Below, one piece after another: positions 30,321 to 40,586 of a stretch of 64,000 bases of DNA. Under the pieces are notes generated by a model, which was not told the DNA's origin, searched no databases, and saw nothing but the letters and a program-made list of their open reading frames with translations. This DNA is from an uncultured Spirochaetota bacterium. Lineage in GTDB: Bacteria > Spirochaetota > Spirochaetia > SZUA-6 > Fen-1364. The first letter of the stretch is position 1; each line of letters opens with the position of its first letter. Where the stretch lies: the NCBI GenBank assembly GCA_963734545.1, contig CAVTHO010000004.1:512001-576000 (forward strand), in the 5' to 3' direction. The translations under genes and the position numbers were made by a program.

Positions 30321-31544
30321 ATGGAACAGAAAAGGCTCACGCTGTCGCTGAGGGGGGGCGAAGTGCCCCTCTCCCCAATCCGCAAATTGACGCCCCTCGC
30401 GGATGAGGCCAAACAGAGGGGGATCCTCATCCACCACCTCAATATCGGCCAGCCGGATATCCGCACGCCTCAACCGGTCCTCGACGCCTACCGCAACTTC
30501 AGCGCAGACGTTCTGGCATACGGCCCCTCGCTCGGCATTCCTTCCCTCCGGGAATCGATTGCCGCGTACCACCAGCGCTACGGGCACGCCGTCCAGCCGC
30601 GTGACGTGGCCGTCACGGTGGGGGGAAGCGAGGCGATATTCTTCGCCCTGTCCGCGGTCTGCGACCCGGGGGATGAAATCCTCGTGCGCGAGCCGTTCTA
30701 CGCCAACTACATCGCTTTTGCCGCCATGATCTCCGCCCGGGTGGTGCCTATTCCCTCGTCCATCGACAACGGCTTCGCCCTGCCGTCCCATGACGAGATT
30801 GCCCGGTACATCACCCCCCGCACCAAGGCAATCCTCTACATCTCCCCGGAGAACCCGACGGGCATCGTGTACGACCGGCAGGAGATGGACACGCTGAGGG
30901 AGCTGTGCGAGCGGTTCGGGCTGTACCTGATTTCCGACGAGGTCTACCGGGAGTTCATCTACGACGATCACGTGAAGTTCACTTCCGTGCTCGACCTGAA
31001 GGGCTTCGAGCAGCACGCCATCCTCGTGGACTCGATCTCGAAGCGCTTCTCCTCGTGCGGCGCGCGCATCGGCTCGATCGTCACGTACAACAGGGGCGTG
31101 ATGGAGCTGGTGGACAAGTTCGCGCAGGCGCGGCTGTGCCCTCCCGCCGTGGGACAGCTCGCCGCGGACGCGGCCTATCGCATGGATCCCTCCTATTTCA
31201 CGCCGATCCGGGACGAGTACCGCCGGCGGCGGGATGCACTGGTGGCGGGCCTGACCGATATTCCCGGTATCACATTCCACGTGCCGGAAGGCGCCTTCTA
31301 TCTCATGGCGCGCCTGCCCGTACCGGACGCGGAGGACTTCTGCCGCTTTCTCCTTGCTGATTTCTCCCTGGAGGGAAAGACGGTGATGCTCACTCCCGGG
31401 GCCGGCTTCTATTCCACGCCGGGAAGCGGGCGTGACGAGGTGCGCATCGCCTACGTGCTGGAATGCCCGAAGATCGTCGAATCCACGCAGATCCTCGCCC
31501 GTGCGCTTGCCTGTTACAATGAGAGGCGCGCAAAGTCGGGCTGA
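30321..31544 (+). CDS. PLP-dependent class I/II (aspartate-type) aminotransferase
   Basis: LNIGQPD, NPTG, SDEVY, DSISKRFSSCGARIG, PEGAFY. Confidence 0.93.
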   Translation: MEQKRLTLSLRGGEVPLSPIRKLTPLADEAKQRGILIHHLNIGQPDIRTPQPVLDAYRNFSADVLAYGPSLGIPSLRESIAAYHQRYGHAVQPRDVAVTVGGSEAIFFALSAVCDPGDEILVREPFYANYIAFAAMISARVVPIPSSIDNGFALPSHDEIARYITPRTKAILYISPENPTGIVYDRQEMDTLRELCERFGLYLISDEVYREFIYDDHVKFTSVLDLKGFEQHAILVDSISKRFSSCGARIGSIVTYNRGVMELVDKFAQARLCPPAVGQLAADAAYRMDPSYFTPIRDEYRRRRDALVAGLTDIPGITFHVPEGAFYLMARLPVPDAEDFCRFLLADFSLEGKTVMLTPGAGFYSTPGSGRDEVRIAYVLECPKIVESTQILARALACYNERRAKSG

Positions 31545-31555
31545 CGGGAGGCCAC

Positions 31556-32908
31556 ATGCCGCGGAGCCAGAAGCCACTCATCGTCATCGGCCACAAGAAC
31601 CCGGACACCGACTCGATCTGCGCCGCCCTCGCGTACGCCCGGTACAAGACCGAGGTGCTGAAAGAGGAGGCGGTTCCCCGCCGCGCCGGCAACGTCAACC
31701 CCCAGACCCAGTTCGTCCTTTCACGCTTCGAGACGGAAAGCCCGCCGCTTGCCACCGATGTGCGCTCCCGGATCGAGGACATCATGATACCGCGGGAGGA
31801 GCTGATCGTTCTCCGGGAGAACGACACCCTGGAGAAGGCCTGCGACCTTCTCACCTCGCGGCATTTCTCCTTCCTGCCGGTGGTGGGCAAAGGGGACACG
31901 TGCATCGGGAAGCTCACCGCCCTGCATCTTGTCGGGGTGCTTCGCCGCGTGGCGTCCGGCTGCCACGATGACGAGCCGATGGAACAGGCCGACCGGGAGC
32001 TGCTCTCCGGCACGGTCAGCCCCCTGGTGGACCGTGAGCACAAGACCTTCCGGGCGGATGACGTGGTGCGCGACGTTCTGCGGGAGATCAGCAAGAGCAA
32101 CGAGGGCGGATTCATCATCCAGGATGAGAACGCCCGGATCCAGGGAGTGATCACGCGCATCAATTTCATCTCGGACAGCCGGCTCCGGGTGGTCATGGTG
32201 GACCACAACGAGGTGGGGCAGGCCGTGGACGGCATCGAGGAGGCCGAGATCGTGGAGATCATCGACCATCACCGGCTGGGCGCACGTACCACCGCGCTGC
32301 CCATCACTTTCATCAACAGGGTCGTCGGCTCCACCTGCACCATCGTGGCGGACCTCTACCGCACCAGCGGCGCCACCCCTCCGGCGCGGGACGCGGGTCT
32401 CATGCTCTCCGCCATGCTCTCCGACACGATCATCCTGCGCTCCCCCACCACCACGCGGCTGGACCGGGAGATCGCCGCCTGGCTGGCAGAGCTTTCCGGA
32501 GTGGACATCGACGCGCACGGGGGAGAGATGTTCGCCGCCGGCGCTTCCCTGGAGGGCATGGACCCGCGCAAGATCCTCGCCCGGGACCAGAAGATCTACA
32601 CCGAGGGGGACAGGCGCTTCAGCCTGAGCCAGTTCGAAACGGTCGGTTTCGGCCCCATCCTCGCCATGAAGGATGCCCTCGCCGCGGAGCTGGAAAGGAT
32701 CATCGAGGTGGAGAAGTGCTCCTTCGCCTGCCTCATGATCACGGACGTTTCACGGGAATCGAGCCTCCTGCTCTGCCGCGGGGAGGCGCGCGTCCTGAAC
32801 GCCATCTCCTACCCGCGCCAGGAGGAAAACCTCTTCGAGATGAAGAACGTGCTCTCCCGAAAGAAGCAGGTCCTCCCCTATTTCGTCGATCTTGTGAAGA
32901 CGCTCTGA
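31556..32908 (+). CDS. ppaC: Family II Mn-dependent inorganic pyrophosphatase with CBS insert
   Basis: GHKNPDTDSI, VDHNE, IDHH, LSDT, LSRKKQV; two CBS-like segments and no room for a DRTGG domain. Confidence 0.92.
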   Translation: MPRSQKPLIVIGHKNPDTDSICAALAYARYKTEVLKEEAVPRRAGNVNPQTQFVLSRFETESPPLATDVRSRIEDIMIPREELIVLRENDTLEKACDLLTSRHFSFLPVVGKGDTCIGKLTALHLVGVLRRVASGCHDDEPMEQADRELLSGTVSPLVDREHKTFRADDVVRDVLREISKSNEGGFIIQDENARIQGVITRINFISDSRLRVVMVDHNEVGQAVDGIEEAEIVEIIDHHRLGARTTALPITFINRVVGSTCTIVADLYRTSGATPPARDAGLMLSAMLSDTIILRSPTTTRLDREIAAWLAELSGVDIDAHGGEMFAAGASLEGMDPRKILARDQKIYTEGDRRFSLSQFETVGFGPILAMKDALAAELERIIEVEKCSFACLMITDVSRESSLLLCRGEARVLNAISYPRQEENLFEMKNVLSRKKQVLPYFVDLVKTL

Positions 32909-32951
32909 CAGATGTTGCGCGGCGCCGTGGCATGCCTTATACTGAAGCACC

Positions 32952-33290
32952 TTGGGTACACTGGATGAGGATGAGACACCCACAATGATGAGTCTGAAAG
33001 AAATCTCCGCGGAAGAGATCGAAGTGGTCCTCCAGAGTCATCTCGCCCGGGAAGACATGAGCGATTTCCAGGCGTGGCTCGACAAGGCGCTCCAGGGGGC
33101 GCACGGGACAATCGCGCTGAACTTCGAAGGCGTGCAGAGCCTCAGCTCGTCCGCAATCGGAAAGATCCTCCAGTTCAAGCGCAATTGCGACGAGAAGGGC
33201 CGCAAGCTCCTCATCCGCAAGTGCAGGCCCCAGCTTCTTCAGCTGCTTCGCATGATCAAATTCGACACGCTGATCCAGATCGATCCATAG
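32952..33290 (+). CDS. STAS-domain protein (anti-sigma-factor antagonist-like)
   Basis: IALNFEGVQSLSSSAIGKIL, LLRMIKFD; TTGCGC-N17-TATACT promoter at 32915-32943. Confidence 0.8.
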   Translation: MGTLDEDETPTMMSLKEISAEEIEVVLQSHLAREDMSDFQAWLDKALQGAHGTIALNFEGVQSLSSSAIGKILQFKRNCDEKGRKLLIRKCRPQLLQLLRMIKFDTLIQIDP

Positions 33291-33447
33291 AAGCGCCGCG
33301 CGAAGGGCGTAGCCAGGGATGGCGAGGTCGGCCGAGGCCATGGATGGCCGAAAGGCCGACCCGGCTATCCACGCGCGGGCCTAATTGTCTTTGGCGTGCC
33401 ATCCCACTCACGCGCTCATACAAGCGCCGCCCGAAGGGCGGCTATCC
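33291..33447. repeat. Two copies of a palindromic unit, the first carrying a 54-bp hairpin insert (REP-like or sRNA-like)
   Basis: AAGCGCCGCsCGAAGGGCG..GCTATCC at 33291-33370 (insert 33310-33363) and at 33422-33447 (no insert). Confidence 0.7.
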
Positions 33448-33649
33448 GCAGGGCGGAAGGCGCGCCGGGAGCCTACGTAAACACGGCCGAAAGGTGCCCC
33501 GCACTTGCGGGGGGGGAAAAGACTCACGCGAACCTCTGGAAACGTACAATACCATGGGTTCACGCACCGTGATCCCCACACGCTGCGGCCGCTTCGCTGG
33601 CACTATCTCCTGCAGGCTGGCAGTTGCCGCCCTCACGCACCCTGCTCGC

Positions 33650-35228
33650 CTACACGCGGCGCGCCGCCGCCATCACGTCGAATCCCGGGTCGCTGAGCTG
33701 GTCCGCCGAGGGAGGCGCGCCGTGCCGCAGAAGCCGCTCGATGGCGACCAGCTCGTGGGCCATGGCGATGGTTGCCGCGGCCTTGAGCGTTCCCCCGCGA
33801 TAGTACGCCGGCAACGAATTTGCCCTGCTCCACGACTCCCCGGTAGGCCACCTGGTCGAACTCCTTCGCGTACCCGGCGTACTTCAGGGAGAGCCCGGCC
33901 TGCCGGCTCCAGAAGAAGCTCACCTCGTCCACCCCGGGATCGCTGTCCAGCATGCAGATGGCCGCCCGCCTGCCCTGCCGCTCCGCCACCACCCAGTGTT
34001 CCACCCTGCGTGTTCCCCAGTCACGGTCCGCAACCGCGGCCATGTCGCCGGCCGCATAGATGTCGGGCGCGCGCGTCTGCATCCGGATGTCCACGGGCAC
34101 GGCGCCGGCCTCCACGAGCGAGGTGCCTGCAAGATAGTCCACCTCCGGCGTGATCCCGAGGCCGATCACCACGAAGCCCGCCTCGAGCTGCGTGCCGTCC
34201 GACAGTGTCAGTCTTTTCGCTCCGACGGCTCCCTCGATCCGGGTGGGTGTCCTGCCCATATGGAACGCCACTCCCTTCGACTCGTGAAGGGACTTGAGGT
34301 ACGCCGCCACCCTGTCACCCAGGACGCGCGCCAGGGGAAGCTCCTCGGGTGCAACCACGGTGACGGCAAGTCCCCGCTCGCGGAAGCTCCCGGCCAGCTC
34401 GAGGCCGATGAATCCCGCGCCGACAAGGGCGACACTTTTCTGCTGTGTGGCGGCCGCGAGAATGGCGCGCGCATCCGCCGCGGTGCGCAGGACATGGCAG
34501 CCCTCGCCATCGCCCCCGGGGATCGCGAGCACACGCGGGACCCCGCCCGTGGCCAGAAGCGCCCTATCGAATGAAAGGGTCTCCCCGTCTTCGAATCGTA
34601 CCGCTTTCTTCCCCGGGTCCAGGGAAACCACCCGGCGTCCGGTGAGCAGCTCGATGCCCTGCGCCGCGTAGAATTTCGGGCCCCGCAGCGGAAGCCACTC
34701 CTCGCCCGCTTTGCCCGTGATGAAGTCCTTCGACAGGTTGGGCCGGTCGTACGGACGCTCACCCTCCCGGGTGATCAACACGATCCGTCCCGCGAAGCCC
34801 TGGCGGCGCAGGGTTTCCGCCGCGGCATTTCCCGCAGCCCCCGCGCCCAGGATGACGAACACGCGCGGGTCTGACCCGAGGGGCTGCGCAGGCTTGGGGA
34901 ATTTCGGCTTCACCGCCGGGCCGACAAAGACATCGCCGTTTTCCTGTTTCACCGGGTAGGTGGGCAAGTCATTCAGGGCCGGCGGAGCAATCATCTTTCC
35001 CGTCGTGACATCCAGGCGCGCAAAGTGGCTCTTGCACACCACCTCATGTCCGAAAAGCACTCCTTTTTCCAGTTTTTCCTGGTAGTGGGGGCATTCGTGG
35101 CCGACCGCATGGACTTTGCCCTCAACCCGGACGAGAAGAATCTTCTCCTCCCCCGACTCCACGAGCACCATGACGCCCTCGGGGAGATCGGACTCCCGCG
35201 CAACCTTTGCCCACGTCGACTCGCCCAT
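33650..35228 (-). CDS. Rieske [2Fe-2S] plus FAD-dependent oxidoreductase fusion; one frameshift near 33806
   Basis: CPHY...CKSH Rieske motif, GAGAAG, PYDRPNLSK, LATGG, GAGFIGLE, AAGD. The corrected C-terminus ends AAARRV at TAG 33650. Confidence 0.88.
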
Positions 35229-35377
35229 GCCATGCCTCCCTTTGCCCCATAATAGGCGCAGGAGCCGGCCGGAGCAAGAGATCCGTATGTACGCCGACAA
35301 TTCTTCGTCCGATTTATGCCGACATTGACAATGGGAAGGAAAGACAACTCCGCGGGGTGCCGCGGAAGGGAAGAGGG

Positions 35378-37394
35378 ATGGCACAAGCGAGAACCGGCTT
35401 CTTTGCCCGGCTTTTCAGGAGGCGGAGGCCCGGGGATGACTTCGAGCCGAGCCTGGCGCACGCCCTGGCGGCGACCATCCGGAAAGGGCTCCTGCGCGCT
35501 ACCGGGAAGGAGCTTCCGGCGCGATGCGCGCCGCTCTCCGTGGAGGAGCTGCAGGAAGAGCTGCAGCGGAGGACATCCGGGTGGATGAGCAGTTTTTATC
35601 AGGACTCCACTTCTCCCCGGCTGATCCTTCTCATGCCCGGACGATTGGCTGCGGACGACCGCGGCACCTTGCCACCGAGGAGGCGGGAAAAAAGGTTCCC
35701 CACATGGTTTCGACTCTCTGCGACGGAGCCGCTGATTTTCTCACGTTCGAAACCCCGGTATCGTTTCACAGGGTCCAGGACACGTATGCGCGGGGCGACC
35801 AGCAGGCGCTCATGTGGCGGACTTCCGGTACCGCGCCATTCAGGGTCGTCACCGGGGATGCGGACGGGAGTTCTTTCTACGCGTGCGTCTCGGAGGAAAC
35901 CGCCAGGGAGTTCGAGGGTTCCCTCCGGGAAAAGCACGCACAGGAGTCCCTCCGCTCCTGGCTTCGCGAGCCCCGGCCGGTCAGGCCGGCGGAGCCGCCG
36001 AAGGCCCTGAAACTGCTCGCGCCACGCGAGCTCTTCCTGGGGAATCTCTACCTGCCGCCCCGGACCGCGTGCGGCAGCGAGGTGCTGGAAACGCTGTGCA
36101 CCGCGCTGTCGGCGGAGTCCGCCGCGCGGCCGGACGGCGAGGCCCCCGGCGTCTGGGCTGCCAGCGAGTGCATGCTGGCCGATCCGATCGAGCCGAAACG
36201 TCTGGCCCACTGGTACTTCTTTTCGTGCCCCGATGCCGCCACGGCGGCGAGAACTCGTGAGACATACAAGGAGATTGCCGGGTGCCTTTTTCGGGGCGCG
36301 CTGCCGGCGCTCGGTGAGGCGCTGGGCGGCCGGCTGGAAAAGCCGGCGCTGGGACTCGACGTCAGGCCCGACCTCGGCGGCCGCACACGGTACCTTCTTC
36401 TGAGCGCCCGGATGCGGCTCGCCTCGGTCCGGATGCCGGTTGCAGTCTACATCGATGCCGCCTCGATCGGACCGCTGCTCCGAAAACACTGCGATCCCGA
36501 GGGCACTTGCCGCAACGGCGAAGGCCGCTGTCTCGGCACTCCCTCTCGCGCTCGCGCTGAACGAGCGGATCCTCGGCAGGAGATTTCACACTTTTCCAGG
36601 CCATTTCCGCGACCCGCAGCTGGGGCAGGACTTTTTCCCTTTCAGCGGCTTTTCCGACCTGGTCACCGAGCACGACCTTTCCCTCGTGCTGCAGAATTAC
36701 CTTCCGCGCGCGCTGGCCGGAAGACCGCTGCGCTGCCTGTATTCCTGGTCCGAGCAGGGAGGGAACCTGCCGGGCCGGACTTCCCCGGGTCCGGGACACG
36801 GCACGACGCGTCGTCACCCCGCACCTTTTCGACGAGGAAAAACTCTTCCGGCACATGACCCGGCAGATGCGGGACGGCTGGCAGCGCGAATCCGGGCGGA
36901 ACCTGGGGACGCGGGATGAGTATCTTCGGCTGAATCGCGACATTCTTCTTGGAATCGATCGGGCGGCGCGAATGAGGACCGTGCTCCTTTCTCCCCGCGC
37001 CCGGTTCATGCTTGCCGAGATGATCCTGCCTCCGCTGCGCGCCCGGGCGCGCAGGCGGCTGGAGGAGACATCGACGGCCGGCATCCCCTTCGCTGCGCTG
37101 CGCTCAATGAGAGTGCCGCAGGTCCAGCGGTTCCTCGCCACCCAGCCCCACCGAATGATCTGCCTCGGCCTGGTGGGCGCGGAGGCCGAGCTTTCATTCG
37201 TGCGGAAGCACGTGAGCGCCGCCCGGGCAGCGCTCCTCGAAGAGGACCTGCTCCTTGTCAGGAAACAGCTGGCCGACGGGACCGTGGAGTGGGACGAGGC
37301 CGTCCAGGCCAAGATGGAGCTGGAGAGAGCCGCGAGAAAGATGATCCAGGAGAACGCGAAAAGCGACCGCCGGGCGGCGGAAAGCAGTGAGTGA
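35378..37394 (+). CDS. Large protein with FliG C-terminal-like domain(s); three apparent frameshifts (~35660, ~36500, ~36800)
   Basis: ATG 35378 after GAGGG; consecutive overlapping ORFs 35207/35524/36440/36855. The C-terminus (IPFAALRSM..VQRFL..MICLGLVG..VRKHVSAARAALLEEDL..EAVQAKME) follows the FliG_C pattern. Confidence 0.55.
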
Positions 37395-37454
37395 TATGGT
37401 CTACACAACGGCGTATCGTTATAATCAGAGACGAAAAATCGCAAGGAGTGACTG

Positions 37455-38252
37455 ATGGCCAGGAGAGGTTCGGACACATCGACGATAATTGGGGTCCTGA
37501 TCGGCGTGGGCGGCTTGGTAGTCGGGTTCACGATCGACGGAGGAAGCATCCTCTCGCTCATCGGGATCCCGGCCCTGATCATCATCGTGGGAGGAACCGT
37601 CGGCGCGCTCACCATATCCTCCAGCTTCCGGGACGTCCTGCGGATCCCCGCGCTCATCGCCCAATCGATGCGCAAGCAGGCAGGCCCGTCGCCGCAGCTC
37701 GCGCAGCAGCTCCTCGAGTTCGCCGAAAAGGCGCGCCGGGACGGGATCCTGAGCCTCGAAGACACGGTGGAGGACCTGGAGGACGAGACGCTGCGCAAGG
37801 GCCTGCGCCTGGTCGTTGACGGCACGGAATCGGAGATACTCGTGGAAGTCCTCGAGAGCGACCTTGCCATCCTCGAGCAGAGGAAGATGGAGGACGCGAT
37901 CCTTTTCGAGACGGCCGGTGGATTCTCCCCCACCATGGGCATCATCGGCACGGTCATGGGCCTTGTCCTGGTTCTCGGCCGGCTGGGAGCCGACATGAAC
38001 GAGCTGGGCCGGGCCATCGCCACGGCCTTCATCGCGACACTCTACGGCATCGGTCTTGCCAACCTGTTCTGGCTCCCCCTGGGGAACAAGCTGAAGGCGC
38101 AGATCAAGCGCTTCCGGCTGGAGAAACAGCTCATCATCGTGGGGGTCCGCTCCATCCAGCAGGGTGAAAGCCCCGCCCTGGTCAGGGAAAAGATCGAAGG
38201 GTTCCTGGAAGAGCAGGAGAAGAAAGAACTGGACGCCAACAGGGCGGAGTGA
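37455..38252 (+). CDS. motA: Flagellar-type stator protein MotA
   Basis: IIVGGT, ARRDGILSLE, KGLRLVVDG, GGFSPTMGIIGTVMGL, AFIATLYGI. Confidence 0.96.
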   Translation: MARRGSDTSTIIGVLIGVGGLVVGFTIDGGSILSLIGIPALIIIVGGTVGALTISSSFRDVLRIPALIAQSMRKQAGPSPQLAQQLLEFAEKARRDGILSLEDTVEDLEDETLRKGLRLVVDGTESEILVEVLESDLAILEQRKMEDAILFETAGGFSPTMGIIGTVMGLVLVLGRLGADMNELGRAIATAFIATLYGIGLANLFWLPLGNKLKAQIKRFRLEKQLIIVGVRSIQQGESPALVREKIEGFLEEQEKKELDANRAE

Positions 38253-38264
38253 TCGGAGGAATCA

Positions 38265-39008
38265 ATGGCACGGAGGAAATTGCCGAGGGCGGAAGAGCCG
38301 AAGCCGGATCTGATGCGCTGGCTGCTCACCTACGCAGACATGATCACGCTGTTGATGCTCTTCTTCATCATCCTGTATTCGCTGAGCAGCCTCAACCAGG
38401 CCAAGTACACCGAGATGGCCCAGGCGTTCAACAGCGTCTTCAACGGCGGAAACTTCACGATATTCGACACGCGCAGCGCCGGGGGAGCCGGCGTGCTCCA
38501 GGGGGTCGCGGCCGGCCAGAAGCAGCAGAGCAAGCAGACCGGCAGGCTCGAAGGCCGGGGCGGGCAATCCGTGCTGAGGACCCAGGCGGTCTCTTCACTG
38601 CAGAACCTCGTCAAGGCGGGCAAGGTCAAGGTGATCCCCACGGAGAACGGATTCGCCATCTCGCTCGTCAGCGACCTGTATTTCGGGGTGGCCTCGGCCG
38701 CCCTGGGGTCCGAGGCAATGCCGGTGCTCCAGGAGGTCTCGGAGTTCCTCGGCCAGATCCCGAACTCGATAGTCGTGGAAGGGCACACGGACAGCATCTC
38801 CCCCGACAAGACGAAATGGACCTCGAACTGGCAGCTTTCCTCGGAACGCTCCCTCGCCGTGCTGCAGACCCTGGAAGATTACGGCATCCCCTCGGAGAGA
38901 CTCTCCGGCGCCGCCTACGGCAGCACCCGACCGGTGCAGTCGAATGATACGGCCGAAGGCCGGTCGTTCAATCGGCGCGTCGATATCGTGGTGGTGGAGA
39001 AGCAATAG
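38265..39008 (+). CDS. motB: Flagellar-type stator protein MotB
   Basis: WLLTYADMITLLMLFF, VEGHTD, SNWQLSSER, NRRVDI. Confidence 0.96.
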   Translation: MARRKLPRAEEPKPDLMRWLLTYADMITLLMLFFIILYSLSSLNQAKYTEMAQAFNSVFNGGNFTIFDTRSAGGAGVLQGVAAGQKQQSKQTGRLEGRGGQSVLRTQAVSSLQNLVKAGKVKVIPTENGFAISLVSDLYFGVASAALGSEAMPVLQEVSEFLGQIPNSIVVEGHTDSISPDKTKWTSNWQLSSERSLAVLQTLEDYGIPSERLSGAAYGSTRPVQSNDTAEGRSFNRRVDIVVVEKQ

Positions 39009-39058
39009 CGTAGACCTTCTGCGGTACCCCGCGGAGTTGGATGTCGAGGGGCGCCCCG

Positions 39059-39087
39059 TTGCCAAAAACGGCGGTGCGGGATATAGT
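39059..39087 (+). promoter_or_regulatory. Putative sigma70 promoter of the hydrogenase operon
   Basis: TTGCCA-N17-TATAGT, with a GGAG RBS before ATG 39146. Confidence 0.65.
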
Positions 39088-39145
39088 CCGGATTACTTCG
39101 TAACAGAACCCATTCAGAAACCGAAATCTTTCTCACGGAGAGGGT

Positions 39146-40586
39146 ATGGGAAGAGGAGCCATTCTGCTCATCTGCGTCCTGGTCCCCCTCGCGGGGGCAT
39201 TCCTTCTGCCCCTGCTGGGTCGGATCTCGACCCGTCTGCGCAACTGGTGTGCCCTGGCCATGGTGCTCGTTTCCCTGGTCTGCTCCCTGGCCCTGGTGCC
39301 GGATGCGGCGGCGGGCAATACGATCACGTTCCAGGTCCTCGGGGCCCTCGGCATCTCCTTTACCCTGACCGCGGACGCGCTGGCGGTTTTCATGGCCGTG
39401 GTGTCGTCCCTGGTGGGCGCGCTGATCATGCTGTTCTCCTTCGACTACATCAGCCACTACGAGAACCAGAACGAGTACTACCTGATGGCGGTCCTCTTCC
39501 TGGGATCCATGATGGGCCTCGTGTTCTCCGCCAACCTGATCTTCCTCTATGTGTTCTGGGAAATCACGGGCATTGCGAGCTGGCGCCTCATCGGCTTCTA
39601 CAGGGGAAAGACGGACGTCCTGAAGGCGGACAAGGCATTCCTGATCACGGCATTCGGCGCCCTTGTCATGCTGGTCGGTATTCTGGCCGTCTATGGACAG
39701 ACCGGCACATTCGAGTTTTCCGCGATGAAAGGCACGGCCCTCCCCTGGATCGTCTCGACGCTGCTCCTGGTCGGGATGCTGTCCAAGTCAGCCACCCTCC
39801 CCTTCCATACGTGGCTGCCTGACGCGGGTGTCGCCCCTTCGCCCGTGACCGCGCTGCTCCATGCCGCCGTGCTGGTCAAGATCGGTGTCTATGTCTTTGC
39901 CCGGTTGTTCCTTTCCACCTTCCCCCTGGAGGAGCAGCTCCGCATTGCGGTCATCATCATCGCCGCGGCAAGCGCCCTGGTGAGCGCGGGGGCCGCGCTC
40001 GTCGAAACCGACATCAAGCGGATCATCGCCTACTCCACGGTGAGCCAGATTGCATTCATATTCCTCGGCCTGTGCACGGGGAATGCGCTCGGCGCGGTGG
40101 GGGCCCTGCTGTACATCCTCATGCACGGTCTTGCCAAGGCCGGGCTCTTCCTTTCTGCCGGGATCATCGAGCAGAACGCGGGAACCAAGGACATCACGAA
40201 GCTGGGCGGGCTTCTGCGGACCATGCCGGTGACCGCCGTGTCATTCCTCTTCTGCGCGTTCTCGGTCATGGGCATACCGCCCCTGGGCGGATTCATCAGC
40301 AAGTACATGGTGATCTCCTCCGCCATCGGGGCAGGACAGATCGCCCTGGGTGCCGTGTTCATGTCAGGGGCCGTCCTCACGATTCTGTATCTCTTCCGGC
40401 TTGTTCTCGAAGATATTCCTCGGAGAAGCCAGGGGAGGCGGCGCTCCCGCCGTCGAGCGCTCCCGGCTCATGGTGGCCTGCGTCGCTATCCTGGCCGCCC
40501 TCTCCCTTGCCGGCGGGTTCCTGGCCGGCTGGCCGACCCAGCTCGCGACGCTCGCCGCGCTGCAGATGCCGGGGGTGTCACAGTGA
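39146..40586 (+). CDS. Antiporter-like membrane subunit 1 (NuoL/MrpA/HyfB family); one frameshift near 40401
   Basis: FWEITG, KSATLPFHTWLPDA, APSPVTALLHAA, KRIIAYST. Removing one base gives LFRLFSKIFLGE and a stop at 40586. Confidence 0.88.

Noticed and set aside
37455-39008. Zorya ZorA/ZorB defence motor
   Set aside because: MotA is normal length with no long ZorA tail, MotB has the flagellar WLLTYAD motif, and no zorC/D/E genes follow.
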